A DNA stretch of 64,000 bases from Caldilineae bacterium. Its GTDB lineage: Bacteria; Chloroflexota; Anaerolineae; JAAEKA01. Numbering within the stretch: position 1 is the first letter of the stretch; every line of letters starts with the position of its first letter. Positions 1 through 10,665 of this stretch are shown in pieces. Location: assembly GCA_020634555.1 (NCBI GenBank), contig JACKBK010000017.1, positions 573 through 64,572 on the forward strand. The letters are read 5' to 3'. The position numbers and the translations under genes are program-made. The notes beneath the pieces are model-generated. The model saw only the letters and a list, made by a program, of their open reading frames with translations. It was not told the DNA's origin and made no database searches.

Positions 1-1
1 G

Positions 2-1041
2 TTAGGGATCGGTCTTGGCTATCTGGGGTCGTTCATCGGCGTCGCCACCGGCCTGCTCTTCCTGGACCGCATCGGCTACACCGGCATCTTCCGGGCGACG
101 GCGCTGCTCTTCCTGCTCTTTGCCCTGCCCTGCTTTCTGTTCGTCAGGGAACCGCTGCTGCACGGAGCTGGCTCGCTGGCCAGGGTGGTGCGCGGCGCGT
201 TCTCACAGACCTACGGCCGCGGCATTCGCACCATCGACAACTGGCCGCGCTATTTCGCGCTCTGGGCCGCGATCGGCGTCGCGCAGGGCGCGCTGGCAGT
301 GCTGCTGGTGGCGCTGGCCGGCAGGCAGCCGCTCGCCTGGTTCCTGCTGATCGGCGCGCTGGCCGGGCTGGTGGAATCGCTGGTGCTGCTGCCGGTGGTG
401 GGACCGATGCTGCACGCGACCCGCTACCGCGGCCTGGCGCGCTTTCTGGTCGGCCGCGTTTTTTATACCGACCCCATCAACACGTTGATCGTCTTCATGG
501 GCATCTACGCCATCAACGAGGTCGGTTTCAGCCAGGGGGAGACGCAGGGGTTGTTGCTGATCAGCATCGCGGTGGCGGTGGCGGGCGGCATCCTGTGGGG
601 TGTGGTGGTGGATCGCATCGGCCCCAAGCGCGCGCTGAACATCGTGCTGGTGATGTGGATGGCCGCGCTGGCGGCCGTGGCGCTGATCGCTCTGCTGGAC
701 CTGTCGCGCTGGCTGTTCTGGGGCGTGGCGACGGTGGCTGGGGTTGCGCTGGGCGGCACCTGGGCGGCTGACCGGCCCTATCTGCTGCGTCTGGCGCCAC
801 CGCAGTTCGTGGGCGAGTTCTACGGCTTGCATGCGCGATGGTGGGACGCTTTGCAGCGATCATCGGACCGTTTCTGTGGGGCTATGTCGCCGACACGCTG
901 GGACTGGGACGGCCGGCCGCAGTGCTAAGCCTGCTGGTGTTTATCGTGATCGCGTTCGTCATCCTGCAAGGCGTCGACGACCGGCCGCGCAACTGGGCCG
1001 GGGAGGCGCGTGATGGAGAGCGATCTTCAAGCACTCCATAA
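2..1041 (+). pseudogene. MFS transporter (UMF1-like). The 5' end lies outside the window and the reading frame breaks near 830-840.
   Basis: Frame 2 reads LGIGLGYLGSFIG...FYTDPINTLIVFMGIYA...PPQFVGEFYGLHA. The expected continuation (M)VGRFAAIIGPFLWGYVADTLG plus a last TM helix lies in another frame (ORF 838..1041). The profile is multi-TM hydrophobic. Confidence 0.6.
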
Positions 1042-1916
1042 AAGCTTGTTACTTGCTCAACCGCCACGTACTTGCGCAGCCACGCCAGCGTCCGCTCCCA
1101 CGCCAAGGCAGCCGCTTCGGGGTTGTAGCTGGTGCGCGTGTCGTTGAAGAACGAATGCTGCGCGCCGTCGTAGATGTAGAACTCGTTGGGGATGCCGGCG
1201 GCCGTCATTGCCTCGCCCATCGCTTCCACCCGTGACGCCGGAATGCCGCTGTCCAGGCTGCCGTAGTTGCCCAGCACCGGCGCCTTGACTGTCGCGGCCT
1301 GCTGCGCGCTCAGCGGCGAGCCGTACCACGGCACCGCCGCGCCCAGCCGATCCTCTACCAGCGCGACCTGCAAGGTCAGCCCGCCGCCCATGCAGAAGCC
1401 GGTGATGCCGACCGTCGGGCCGGCCACGTACTCCTGCGCCAGCAGGTAATCGACACCGCTGCGAATCTCCGCGACCGCCGTGTCCTGGTCCATCTCCATC
1501 ACCAGCTTGCGCGCCTCGTTGGGTTCGCTGGTCACCGCGCCATGGTAGAGGTCGGGCGCCAGGGCGACAAATCCCTCGGCCGCGAAGCGGTTGGTCACGT
1601 CCTTGATGTGATCGTTGAGTCCCCACCACTCCTGGATCACCACCACAGCCGGGTAGACGCCATCGCCGGCAGGGCGCGCCACGTAAGCCATCAGCGTGTC
1701 GCCGTTGCCGTCCGGGTATTCGACCATCTGTGTCAGGATGCTGGGTCCGTCAGGTGTCGCTGTCAGAGTTGGCTCAGCGGCAACCGGCTCCAGAGTCGCG
1801 ACGACCACCGGCTCTGTCGGTCCGGTCACCGGCGTGCAGGCGGCCAGCACCGTCGACGCGGCGGCAAAGCTGCCCAGCGCCGCGCCTGCCTTGGTCAAAA
1901 ACTCGCGCCGGCTCAT
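882..1916 (-). CDS. Dienelactone hydrolase family protein with a twin-arginine (Tat) signal peptide
   Basis: MSRREFLTKAGAALGSFAAASTVLAAC (RR motif) is followed by a DLH-like core (VVVIQEWWGLNDHIKDV, GITGFCMGG, GAQHSFFND). The start was set at the ATG at 1916. The last ~55 codons overlap the convergent MFS gene and look non-native. Confidence 0.75.
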   Translation of the reverse strand: MSRREFLTKAGAALGSFAAASTVLAACTPVTGPTEPVVVATLEPVAAEPTLTATPDGPSILTQMVEYPDGNGDTLMAYVARPAGDGVYPAVVVIQEWWGLNDHIKDVTNRFAAEGFVALAPDLYHGAVTSEPNEARKLVMEMDQDTAVAEIRSGVDYLLAQEYVAGPTVGITGFCMGGGLTLQVALVEDRLGAAVPWYGSPLSAQQAATVKAPVLGNYGSLDSGIPASRVEAMGEAMTAAGIPNEFYIYDGAQHSFFNDTRTSYNPEAAALAWERTLAWLRKYVAVEQVTSFYGVLEDRSPSRASPAQLRGRSSTPCRMTNAITINTSRLSTAAGRPSPSVSAT

Positions 1917-2079
1917 CTCGCCGACCTGAAACGACCGCACCAGTTCCATTGTGTAGACTCGATCCATCGTTTGCCTCCGTGGTAGGTTTGTGAGGTTGTG
2001 TTAGCTGTGTACTGCGTAGCCAGCGATGGTGCGCTGTGTGGCGTGGCTCAGGTTCGACGGCTGCTGGCGTGCAGGAATT

Positions 2080-2556
2080 TCAGTCGCGCTGGACGACATG
2101 TTGCGTCGCGCCGGGTAGGTTATCAAGCGCAGTTCGCAGGAATTCAGGATGCAAGGCTATGGATTCGATCTCGCGGCGGTCAAACCACCGAAAAACGATT
2201 GGAATAATACCTTCCATGCCGTTGATCGGGCCATTGCGATGGGCTGCCAGCCAATCCTCGGGCAAGCGCATCAGCCAGTAGAGGCCCATCTCGTGGAAAA
2301 CGTATCCGTCGAAGCGGAAGAAGTTCTCGACCACCCACAACAACCGGTCCGCTCTGGCAGCGACGCCAAGTTCCTCCATCATCTCGCGCTCCAGCGACTC
2401 CGTCGTAGCCTCGCCGAACTCACAACGTCCACCGGGCAGAAACCAGAAATCGCCGGCCGGATCCCGTTGCAGCAGCACACGGTCGCCGTCCATCGCAACG
2501 CCGGCAACGCGCAGATTGAATCGCCGGTCGCCGTCGTCAAACGTGATCATGGTCAT
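2080..2556 (-). CDS. NUDIX hydrolase
   Basis: Nudix box GGRCEFGEATTESLEREMMEELGV. The ATG at 2556 is preceded by AGGAGG. Confidence 0.8.
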   Translation of the reverse strand: MTMITFDDGDRRFNLRVAGVAMDGDRVLLQRDPAGDFWFLPGGRCEFGEATTESLEREMMEELGVAARADRLLWVVENFFRFDGYVFHEMGLYWLMRLPEDWLAAHRNGPINGMEGIIPIVFRWFDRREIESIALHPEFLRTALDNLPGATQHVVQRD

Positions 2557-2580
2557 CGAGGCATGTTCCTCCTGCAAATA

Positions 2581-2613
2581 GAACGGCGGCCCAGGCGTGC
2601 TGGGCCGCCGTTC
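2581..2613 (-). terminator. Hairpin terminator downstream of sodA
   Basis: Perfect 14-bp stem gaacggcggcccag / ctgggccgccgttc with a 5-nt loop, 37 nt after the sodA stop. Confidence 0.55.
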
Positions 2614-2649
2614 GTGAATCAGCGGGTAAATTGCGTTGCCGCTTGCAGG

Positions 2650-3330
2650 CTAGCCAAAGATCTTGTCCCAGCTTGATTTGATCCGCCCGACGAAACCGGA
2701 GATGCCCAGTGCAACCTGGACAGCGCTGTAGTTGCTGCCGACTGCGTCCCAGTTTACCACTTCCCACCAGGCCGTGATGTAGTTGCCGCGCAGATTCTGA
2801 TACTTCAGGTAATACGCGTGCTCCCAGACATCCAGACCGAGGATCGGGATCAGTCCTGCCGAAACCGGGTTGTCCTGATTGGCAGTGGACGAGACCACCA
2901 GACCACCGTCGCCGTTTACCGACAGCCAGGCCCAGCCGGAGCCGAACCGCGTCGCGCCGGCCTTGGAGAACTGCTCTTTGAATGCGTCAAAGGAGCCGAA
3001 GGTGGAGTCGATGGCTTCCGCCAGCTTGCCGCTGGGTACGCCGCCCGCACCTGGCTTCATGACCTTCCAGAACAGCGAGTGATTGGCATGGCCGCCGCCA
3101 TTGTTGCGCACTGCGGTGCGAATGTCGGCCGGCACGCTGTCCAGGTCAGCCAGCAGCTCGTAAAGGTCCTTCTTCTGCAGATCGTCATGACCCTCCAGAG
3201 CCTTGTTCAGGTTGTTGACGTAGCCGGCGTGGTGCTTGTCGTGATGGATGCCCATGGTCCTGGCGTCGATATAAGGCTCCAGTGCATCCTGCGAATAAGG
3301 CAGGTCAGGCAGTTTGTAAGGGTATCCCAT
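2650..3330 (-). CDS. sodA: Fe/Mn superoxide dismutase with a ~25-aa C-terminal extension
   Basis: [38 protein letters not shown] and [18 protein letters not shown] are hallmark SOD motifs. Confidence 0.9.
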   Translation of the reverse strand: MGYPYKLPDLPYSQDALEPYIDARTMGIHHDKHHAGYVNNLNKALEGHDDLQKKDLYELLADLDSVPADIRTAVRNNGGGHANHSLFWKVMKPGAGGVPSGKLAEAIDSTFGSFDAFKEQFSKAGATRFGSGWAWLSVNGDGGLVVSSTANQDNPVSAGLIPILGLDVWEHAYYLKYQNLRGNYITAWWEVVNWDAVGSNYSAVQVALGISGFVGRIKSSWDKIFG

Positions 3331-3466
3331 TGGTGTGTCCTTTCTCTGGTTGAAACGGTTGTTTTTGGTGTCCTCAGTGTGTGAGGGGAGAGTTTAATGT
3401 AAAACCCGGATTCTACTATAACACAGATTCACTGCGCGTGCTAGAGTGATTCCTTCCAGTCTGGCA

Positions 3467-6400
3467 TCAATGGTCTGTCAGCCAGCGCAGCGCGAGCGAC
3501 ACCACCTGGCCCGACCGGCGCAGTTTCACTTCATCCAGCTTGTCGGCGGTATCCTTGGTTGTGTTGGCATCATCGTTCGCATCGGCCCAGATCACCAGCG
3601 TGGCAGGCAGGCCAGCACGCTGGAAGGTCGTCTGGTCGCCGATGTCCTCGACCTGTTTCACATCAGCGCGTGCGTTCAGCACTGTGGACGCGAACGCCAA
3701 CGACTGGTTGGTCAGTGCCTCGCGGCTGCGGTCGCCCTGATAGGTCAGGAAAAAGCCGCGGCCCGCGCCCACATCGTCCAGGTTCAACACGCCCAGCGTC
3801 GCCGTCAGCGGCACCGACGGGTTGGCAAGATAGGCGCGCGAGCCGGCCTGGTTTATCTCGTCGCCGTCCCAGGCGGCAAAGAGCACCGGGCGGGCGGGCT
3901 GCACACCGGCCGCGTGCCAACTGCGCGCGATCTCCAGCAGCGTCGCCACACCGGCCGCGTTGTCGTTGGCGCCGGGATAGATCGTGCCTGCACCGTCCGT
4001 GCCCGTCCCATCGAAGTGGGCGCTGACGATCACTACTTCGTCGGCCAGCGCGGGGTCGCTGCCCGGCAGCAAGCCCAGTACGTTGGCGCCGGTGCGTGCA
4101 GTGACCTTGTCCAGGGGAACGGAGGCGTCGGCGGTCAGGTTCAGCCGCAGCGCGGCCGGCGCGGTGTTCAGATCCACCAGGCTGTGGTCGGAGAAGGCCA
4201 GCAACCGCTCAAAGGCGTCTTTAGTTAGTTCCAGCACCGGGATTGTCGGCGTCACGATTTGGCCTACGTCGATGGGCGTGCGCGAGTTCATTTCGTTAGG
4301 ACCGGGCGCCGTCAGCAGAATCAGCGCGCCCGCGCCCGCCTCGGCGGCGTTGCGTATCTCCACGTCCAGCGGCTCTGACGGGTCGCGCAGAACGATCTTG
4401 CCATCCAGCGACATGCCGCTGTAAGTTGGGTCGCGCACCCACACCACCGGCCCGCTGGCTTGTCCTCCCAGCGCATGGCCCTCAATCCGCTCCAGAAAGT
4501 CCTCCCGGTAGGCAAGCTCCAGCGTCTCGTCATTGTGGTGAAACGCCAGCACCGGCGACGCGATCGGGGCAGTATGGCTGATCGGGAAGGTCTGAAGGAA
4601 CGTCCCGTTGTCGCCTGCGGGCTGCAACCCCAGCTCGGCAAACGCGTCGGCAACCTCTCCTGCCGCGTTTTGCCCGCCGTCCGTCCCCGTCTCGCGGCCA
4701 GCGAACTCATCACCGGCCAGCCGGGTCGCCTCGCCAAGCGCGCGCTGGGCGTCGAAGCTCTCGGCCAGCGCCAGCCACTCGGCCGGCGCATGCAGCACGC
4801 CAGCGGTCGCCAGCCAGTCCTGGTCGAAGTCGTCCAGCGAAACGCCCAGCGCGGACTGCATGGCCGCGTCCATCGTCGCTTCGCTCGCCAGCGCTGCCAG
4901 CAGCCGGCTCAGTCCATCGGTCCCAAAGCGTTGGATCAGATAACTGCTGGCGTCCCACGCCTCGGCTTGCGCCAGGGTTCTGGCAGTCGAAGTCAGCGCG
5001 TCGGGATCGGGAAGCTCGCCCAGCGGCCAGAGGCGGTTCTGCTGGACGGCCAACGGTATCTTGCCTGCCAGCCGGTTCGCCTGTTGCCAGCCAATGTCGG
5101 GATCGATCCATTGCAGTGCGATTCGGCCTAGTCCAGCCCGCAGCCAACGGCTGTCTGTCGTTGATGGCACGCCAAGCTGACCCAACAGATGTTCCGTCAA
5201 CGCATCGAGCAGGTTGTTGCGCACCTCCGCCGCGGCTGCGGCGCCCTGTTGAGGATTGACAACTGCGTGCAGCGACCCGCCGGGAACGGAGACAGCAGTC
5301 ACGCCCGCGGGGAGATCGTGCCTGGCAGCCAGGCTGAGCGCCAGGTCGTTGGTGTACAGCTTGATGGTCAGAGGCGCCGGGTCTATGCCAAGCGCAGAAG
5401 CCATGGTCCGGTAGGCGTGGTCCAGCAGCGGCGCCAACGCCTCGGCCAACGGTTGGCTGGCGGCCGGATACAACAGGGTCACAGACCCCTCCTGTGTCGC
5501 CGCCCACGACGGGCCGCCATAGGTCAACTGGCCGTCTTGCAGCGGCAGCCAGACCGTCTGCCGAACCTGCCGCTGTTTGCCGTCGCCGGTTTGCCAGCCT
5601 GCCATCAGGTCGGCCAACATGCCATCCGCTGTCAGGCCCTTGAGTTGTCCGGTCAGCTCGAAACCGGCCAGCGGTGTCGCCAGATCCTGGCTGCGGTCGA
5701 ACCAGGCCGCGTCGTCGGCCAGTTGGATCGGGTCGGTCGGGTCGCTGGTGGCCAGGAACGCGGCCCGGTCGCCTGTCTCGACAGCGGCCTGTCGCCGCGC
5801 CAGCAGGTCGTCGATCTGCGCCTGCGCGCCGTCGATGCGGTTCCGCCAGCTCTCCTGCCAGCCCGCATCGAAGTCGGTCGCTGACTGGCCCAGCGCCTGC
5901 TGAAACGCCCGCTCCTGGCCATCCACATCCGATGTCCGGGCCAACGCGGCTGCCAGGTCGCCCGCTCCTTGCAGGCCATGCTGCTCCAGCAGGTAGCCGG
6001 TCATCGCCCAGGCGGCCGCGTTCCAGAAGGGCGTCTCCGCCTCATCGCTGAGCGCCGACGGGAAGTCTACGACGTTGAAGGACAACGGGTCTTGCAACAT
6101 CTGGCGCAGCACCGGCAGATATTTCTCGGCCAGCGCTTCCCGGTCGCTCTGGGCGACAAGATAGTCCGGCAACGCCCGCCAGAGCCAGGGTGCCTGTGTT
6201 TCGCTGAGACCTGTCTGCGCCAGCGCGAGGAGTGTCAACGTGTCGGTCAGCGCCCTGGTGCGGGTGATGTCGGCGCGTGCTACGACGTGCGCCTGGTTCC
6301 CGGCTGCCCAGGCAGTGACGGTTTCAGGCAAGGTCAGCCCCGCGGCGGCCTGCAATGCTTGGTGCGACGGGTGCAGGATCAGTGTGGCCGCTGGACGGCG

Positions 6401-8500
6401 CGTCGCCAGGCCTAGCTGCCGCGCGATGGTTGCCCGCTGGATGGTTGCTTTGTCCAACACCTCGGGCGCGATCTCGGCCAGGCTGGGCGGGTAGGCCAGC
6501 GTCAGCCCATCGCCGGCCAGGTGCGGCATGGCGGGACCGTCCAGACGCCAGCCGTCCGCGTCGTGGGTTGCCAGGACCGTGCCGTCGACGCGCTCGCGCT
6601 GCCCGTCGGCCGGGGTTAATTCGTAACGGACGGTGGCGGTCGCCACATCGCCGGCCACAACGGCATCTACGAGGCTGGCCGACAGGCTCTCCGGCCGGTT
6701 GCTTGCCAGCGTATCCCACCAGGCGGCATCCGCGGCGCGCTCAGCCGCCGTGCTGGTCGCGAGGAAGGTGCTCCGGTCGCCAGCGTTGAACGCCTGGGCG
6801 CGCTGGTCCAGCATCGCGGTCAGCTCCGGCTCCGCTGCGGCCAGGCTGAGCAGCGTCATCCCGGCCAGCTCGCCCACAGCTTGCAGCTTGTCCGGCTCGA
6901 TGACCGCGGGTACGTCCAGTGGCCGGTGGTAGTGCGCCAGCTTGGGGTTGTTCTCCTGGTCCTCGCCGAACCAGATCACCATCGACGCATCGACGCCTGA
7001 CAGGCGGAAGGGCACGTGGTCGCTGCGGCCGATGTCGCCCAGGGTGGTGGTGATGCCGAAGGTGGGCGCCAGGCCGATCAGCCGGTCGGCCACCGGCCCC
7101 GGCCCGTCCACGGCCAGCTCGTCGGCGCCCGCGCCCACCATGTCCAGGTTGAGCATGGCGACGGTGTCTTCCAACGGCACGGTCGGCTCTTCGGTGTAGT
7201 GGAACGATCCCCACAGCCCTTGTTCTTCGGCATCCCAGCCGGCGAAGAGGACGCTGCGCCGCGGCCGGAAACCGGCTTCGTGCCACGTTCTTGCGATCTC
7301 CAGCAAGGTGGCGATGCCGGAAGCGTTGTCGTTGGCGCCTGGGTAAACTGCGCCTTCGCTGGTTTCGCAGGTCTCAGGCGCGTCGATTGCCGTGCGCGTG
7401 CAGAACTCGCCGGCCGGGTCGCTGCCCAGATGGTCGTAGTGGCCGCCGACAACTACGACTTCGTCCGCGAAGGCCGGATCGCTGCCGGGCAGAATTCCCA
7501 GCACGTTGCGGCCCTCGACGCCCTCCCGTTGCTCCAGCGCGACGCTCAGGTGCGCGGTGGTCTCCAGCGGCAGCCCGGCGAACTGGATCGACAGATCATC
7601 GATCGTGTAGCCGCTGCCGGCCAGCAGATCGTCCACGACGGACGGGTCGATGAGGAACGTTGGCAGCGGCACGGGCACCAGCGGCACGTTGTAGCGGCCG
7701 ATGCGGTCGATGGGCGCGTCCGGATCGCCGATCAGCAGCAGGCCGGCCGCGCCGTGTTCGATGGCGTTGCGGGTCGGATCCTCGCCGCCGCCCTGCCGGC
7801 AAAGCGCCACCGCGCCAACGGCGTCGATCACGTCGAAGTCCTCGTGGCGGCAGTAGTTGGCCCAAACCACCGGACCTTCAGCGTCGCCCTGCCCGGCGTA
7901 GTTGCGGATGTAGGAACTGTAGTCGTGGCGAAACTCGTACGGTCCCGGCTGCCTGGCCGTCGGGGCCAAACACCTCCAGGACCGGCGGTGCGGTGTAAGT
8001 GACAAAGAAATCGAGGGGAAACTGCTGGAAATAGCTGCGGCTGCCGTCGGCCTGGAGGTCGCCGGCCGGTTCGAGGCCATAGGTCGCAAATGCGTCGGCG
8101 ATCGTCTGGCCAGCTGCCTGGTTGCCCTCTGTACCGGCCCGCCGGCCGTCGAAGGGCGCGGCGGCCAGTTCAGCGATGCGCGCTTCAGCGGCCGCGCCGT
8201 CGAAGCTGCGCGCCAGGGCAAGGTAGTCCACGCCGCTGGACGGATCGTTGGTTGCGTCGCTGATCCACCAGGCAGCTTCGTCGGGCGCGGTGGTTACGTC
8301 TTCGGACACTGGCTGTGCCGGGCCGTCGCCGTCGGGCGCGGCGTCATCGGCGGCCGGCTCGCTTCCAGCGCGATGCTGGCTGGCTGTGTCAGGCGCCGAT
8401 TCTGCTGATTCCACCAATAGCCCAGCCCGGCGCCCCAGACAAGGAGCGCTATCCAGACGATGATCAGCAGCCGGCGGTGTTTAGCGGTTGTGTCAGGCAT
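3467..8500 (-). pseudogene. Giant (~1670 aa) membrane-anchored protein with two PA/M28 aminopeptidase modules. It is split over three frames by two apparent 1-nt indels (~8400 and ~7950).
   Basis: ORF 8294..8500 gives an N-terminal TM anchor (RRLLIIVWIALLVWGAGLGYWW). ORF 7878..8417 continues it, and ORF 3467..8221 carries HYDHLGSD / GANDNASGIATLLE / WDAEEQGLWGS / LNLDMVG / RSDHVPF (an intact M28 site). A second module has HFDGTGTD / GANDNAAGVATLLE / WDGDEINQAGS / GDQTTFQ (degenerate). Confidence 0.65.
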
Positions 8501-8530
8501 ACAGTTTCAGTCGTAACACTTCTCATCCGT

Positions 8531-9330
8531 CATGCCCGCCTCCGCAGGAGTGACGCCGTCGCAATCGTCATGCCCGCGAAGGCGGGCATCCAGAGGGCGT
8601 TGTTGGGCAAGTTGACTATGTCTTGCATCCAGTGCGTCCTGGACTCCCGCCTCCGCGGGAGTGACGCCGTCGCATTCGTCATGCCCGCGAAGGCGGGCAT
8701 CCAGAGGGCGTTGTTGGGCAAGTTGACATGTCTTGCATCCAGTGCGTCCTGGACTCCCGCCTCCGCGGGAGTGACGCCGTCGCATTCGTCATGCCTGCGA
8801 AGGCGGGCATCCAGAGGGCGTTGTTGGGCAAGTTGACATGTCTTGCATCCAGTGCGTCCCAGGACTCCCGCCTTCGCGGGAGTGACGCCATCGCATTCGT
8901 CATGCCCGCGGCGGCGGCATCCAGAGGGCGTTGTTGGGCAAGTTGACATGTCTTGCATCCAGTGCGTCCTGGACTCCCGCCTCCGCGGGAGTGACGGACG
9001 TCGCGCTGTCATGCCCGCGAGGGCGGGCATCCAGAGGGGCGTTGTTGGGCAAGTTGACATGTCTTGCATCCAGTGCGTCCTGGACTCCCGCCTCGCGGGA
9101 GTGACGCCGTCGCATTCGTCATGCCCGCGAAGGCGGGCATCCAGAGGGCGTTGTTGGGCAAGTTGACATGTCTTGCATCCAGTGCGTTCTGGACTCCCGC
9201 CTTCGCGGGAGTGACGCCGTCGCATTCGTCATGCCCGCGAAGGCGGGCATCCAGAGGGCGTTGTTGGGCAAGTTGACATGTCTCGCATCCAGTGCGTTCT
9301 GGACTTCCGCCTTCGCGGGAGTGACGGATG
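8531..9330. repeat. Tandem array, ~7.2 copies of a 109-111-bp unit built from two REP-type hairpins
   Basis: The motif tcatgcccgcga recurs at 8568, 8679, 8789, 8900, 9009, 9119 and 9229. Each unit holds hairpin A (catgcccgcgaaggcgggcatc), hairpin B (gactcccgcctccgcgggagtgac) and a conserved linker (cagagggcgttgttgggcaagttgacatgtcttgcatccagtgcgtcctg). There are no unique spacers. Confidence 0.9.
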
Positions 9331-9371
9331 CAATAAAGGCTGAACACTACGTCTCATCCTCTTTACCGCGG

Positions 9372-10657
9372 TCAATGGAACACAGGTTGCCATGCCGGGT
9401 CGTAGTTGTTGCCCTGATCGGCGGTTACCTGCGTTGGGTCGCTGCCCAGATCGTCCACCAGCCAGAGATTGGAGTCGCCACTTGGTTCGAAGTTCTGGCC
9501 TACGGCGCGGTATGGCTGGGCAGCGAAGACCACTTGCGTCCCGTCGGGCGACATGGCGGGGTGAAAGCCGGGTCGGCCACCCGCTGCGATACCGCGTCCA
9601 GCGCATCAAGCGCCACGTCCAGGATGACGATGTTGGGCGCGGATCCGCCGGTAAAACCGGAGAAGACCAGCCGGCTGCCGTCGCGGCTCCATGACAGGCC
9701 GCTGATGGCCTGAAAACCCAGCCCGCCCATCTGGAACGCGCTCTCCTGGCCGCTCTCAAGGTCGTGCAGGAACAGCCGCCGTCGTCGTCGCCCTGTGTCC
9801 TCAAACTCGCGCCAGATCGCCATCTGTGTACCATCGGGCGACAGCGCTGCCAGCTCCACCTGCCCGGCGCTGACCAGCTCGGGTGGACCGCCCGCCACCG
9901 GCAGCGCATACAGGCCGTCCTCGCCGTTGACGTCGAGCAGCAGATAGAGCGTTGCTCCGTCGGCCGACCACTGGAGAACACCGTTGCCGAAGCGCGGACT
10001 GGGTGCGACCCCTTCCAGCCCGGCCAGCAGGTCAAGCGGTTCAGCGTCAGGGTTGGCCAGATCGATCAACAACAGGCGATGCTGGTCCTCCAGGTTTGGC
10101 TCGCCGTCGTCGTTGCCGTCTTCGACGACGTATAGCGCGGCCTGGTCAGCAACCGGGTTCTCGGCGCCAGCGATGGGCCAGCCGTCGCCCGCGATGATCG
10201 AGCGCTGGTCGGCCCCATCAGAGGCCGCGGACATGGCCGACCACGAGGGCGCGGCATCCAGGCCTTGCTCGATGCGCAACCACACCAGCCGGCTGCCGTC
10301 CAGCGTCCAGGAGGGCGAGCGGTCCTCGGCCGGATGGTCGGTAATACGCTGCGGTTCGGACCCATCGGGCCGCATCGTGTAGATCTCGGCGTTGCCGTCG
10401 CGGTCGGAACTGAAGGCGATCAGGCCGTTGTCGGCTGGAACGCCCAACGTGGCGACGCGGGTGGGCGCGGCATCTGTCGCGCTTGTCTCCTCGGAGGATT
10501 CCTGGCCCGCAGAGTCAGTCACTGCCGCGGACGGCGCGGCAGCGAGCGACTCCGGCAGCGAGCGGGCGCGCATCCCGAGGAAAACGGTGACGGCCAGCAA
10601 GCCCAGCGCGGCGAACGCGGTGATTGTCCAGGCAGCGCGAATTGCGTTTCGGGTCAT
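9372..10657 (-). pseudogene. TolB-like / PD40 beta-propeller repeat protein with an N-terminal TM anchor. One apparent 1-nt deletion lies near 9570.
   Basis: IAFSSDRDGNAEIYTMRPDGSEPQRITDHPAEDRSPSWTLDGSRLVW is a PD40 repeat. The last repeat (MSPDGTQVVFAA...NLWLVDDLGSDPTQVT) is in another frame (ORF 9372..9554). The break falls in a ccggg run. Confidence 0.65.
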
Positions 10658-10665
10658 GGTTGGTT

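Noticed and set aside
8531-9330. Regularly spaced palindromic repeats that could be mistaken for a CRISPR array
   Set aside because: The whole ~110-bp period is conserved between units, so there are no unique spacers. Each unit contains two different hairpins, and no cas genes or leader occur in the window. It is a tandem satellite of REP-type elements.
8315-9347. Several ORFs of 70-231 aa on both strands across the repeat array (for example 8530..9225 -, 8315..8836 +)
   Set aside because: Their sequences are just cyclic translations of the repeat (MPAKAGIQRALLGKL, RRRESRTHWMQDM). The frame rotates because the period varies between 109 and 111 bp. There are no RBS or start-context signals.
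830-9580. The frameshifts as programmed ribosomal frameshifting
   Set aside because: No slippery heptamer or downstream pseudoknot is visible at any of the four sites. The breaks lie in ordinary G/C-rich runs, and four unrelated genes are affected. Indel errors or pseudogenisation are simpler explanations.
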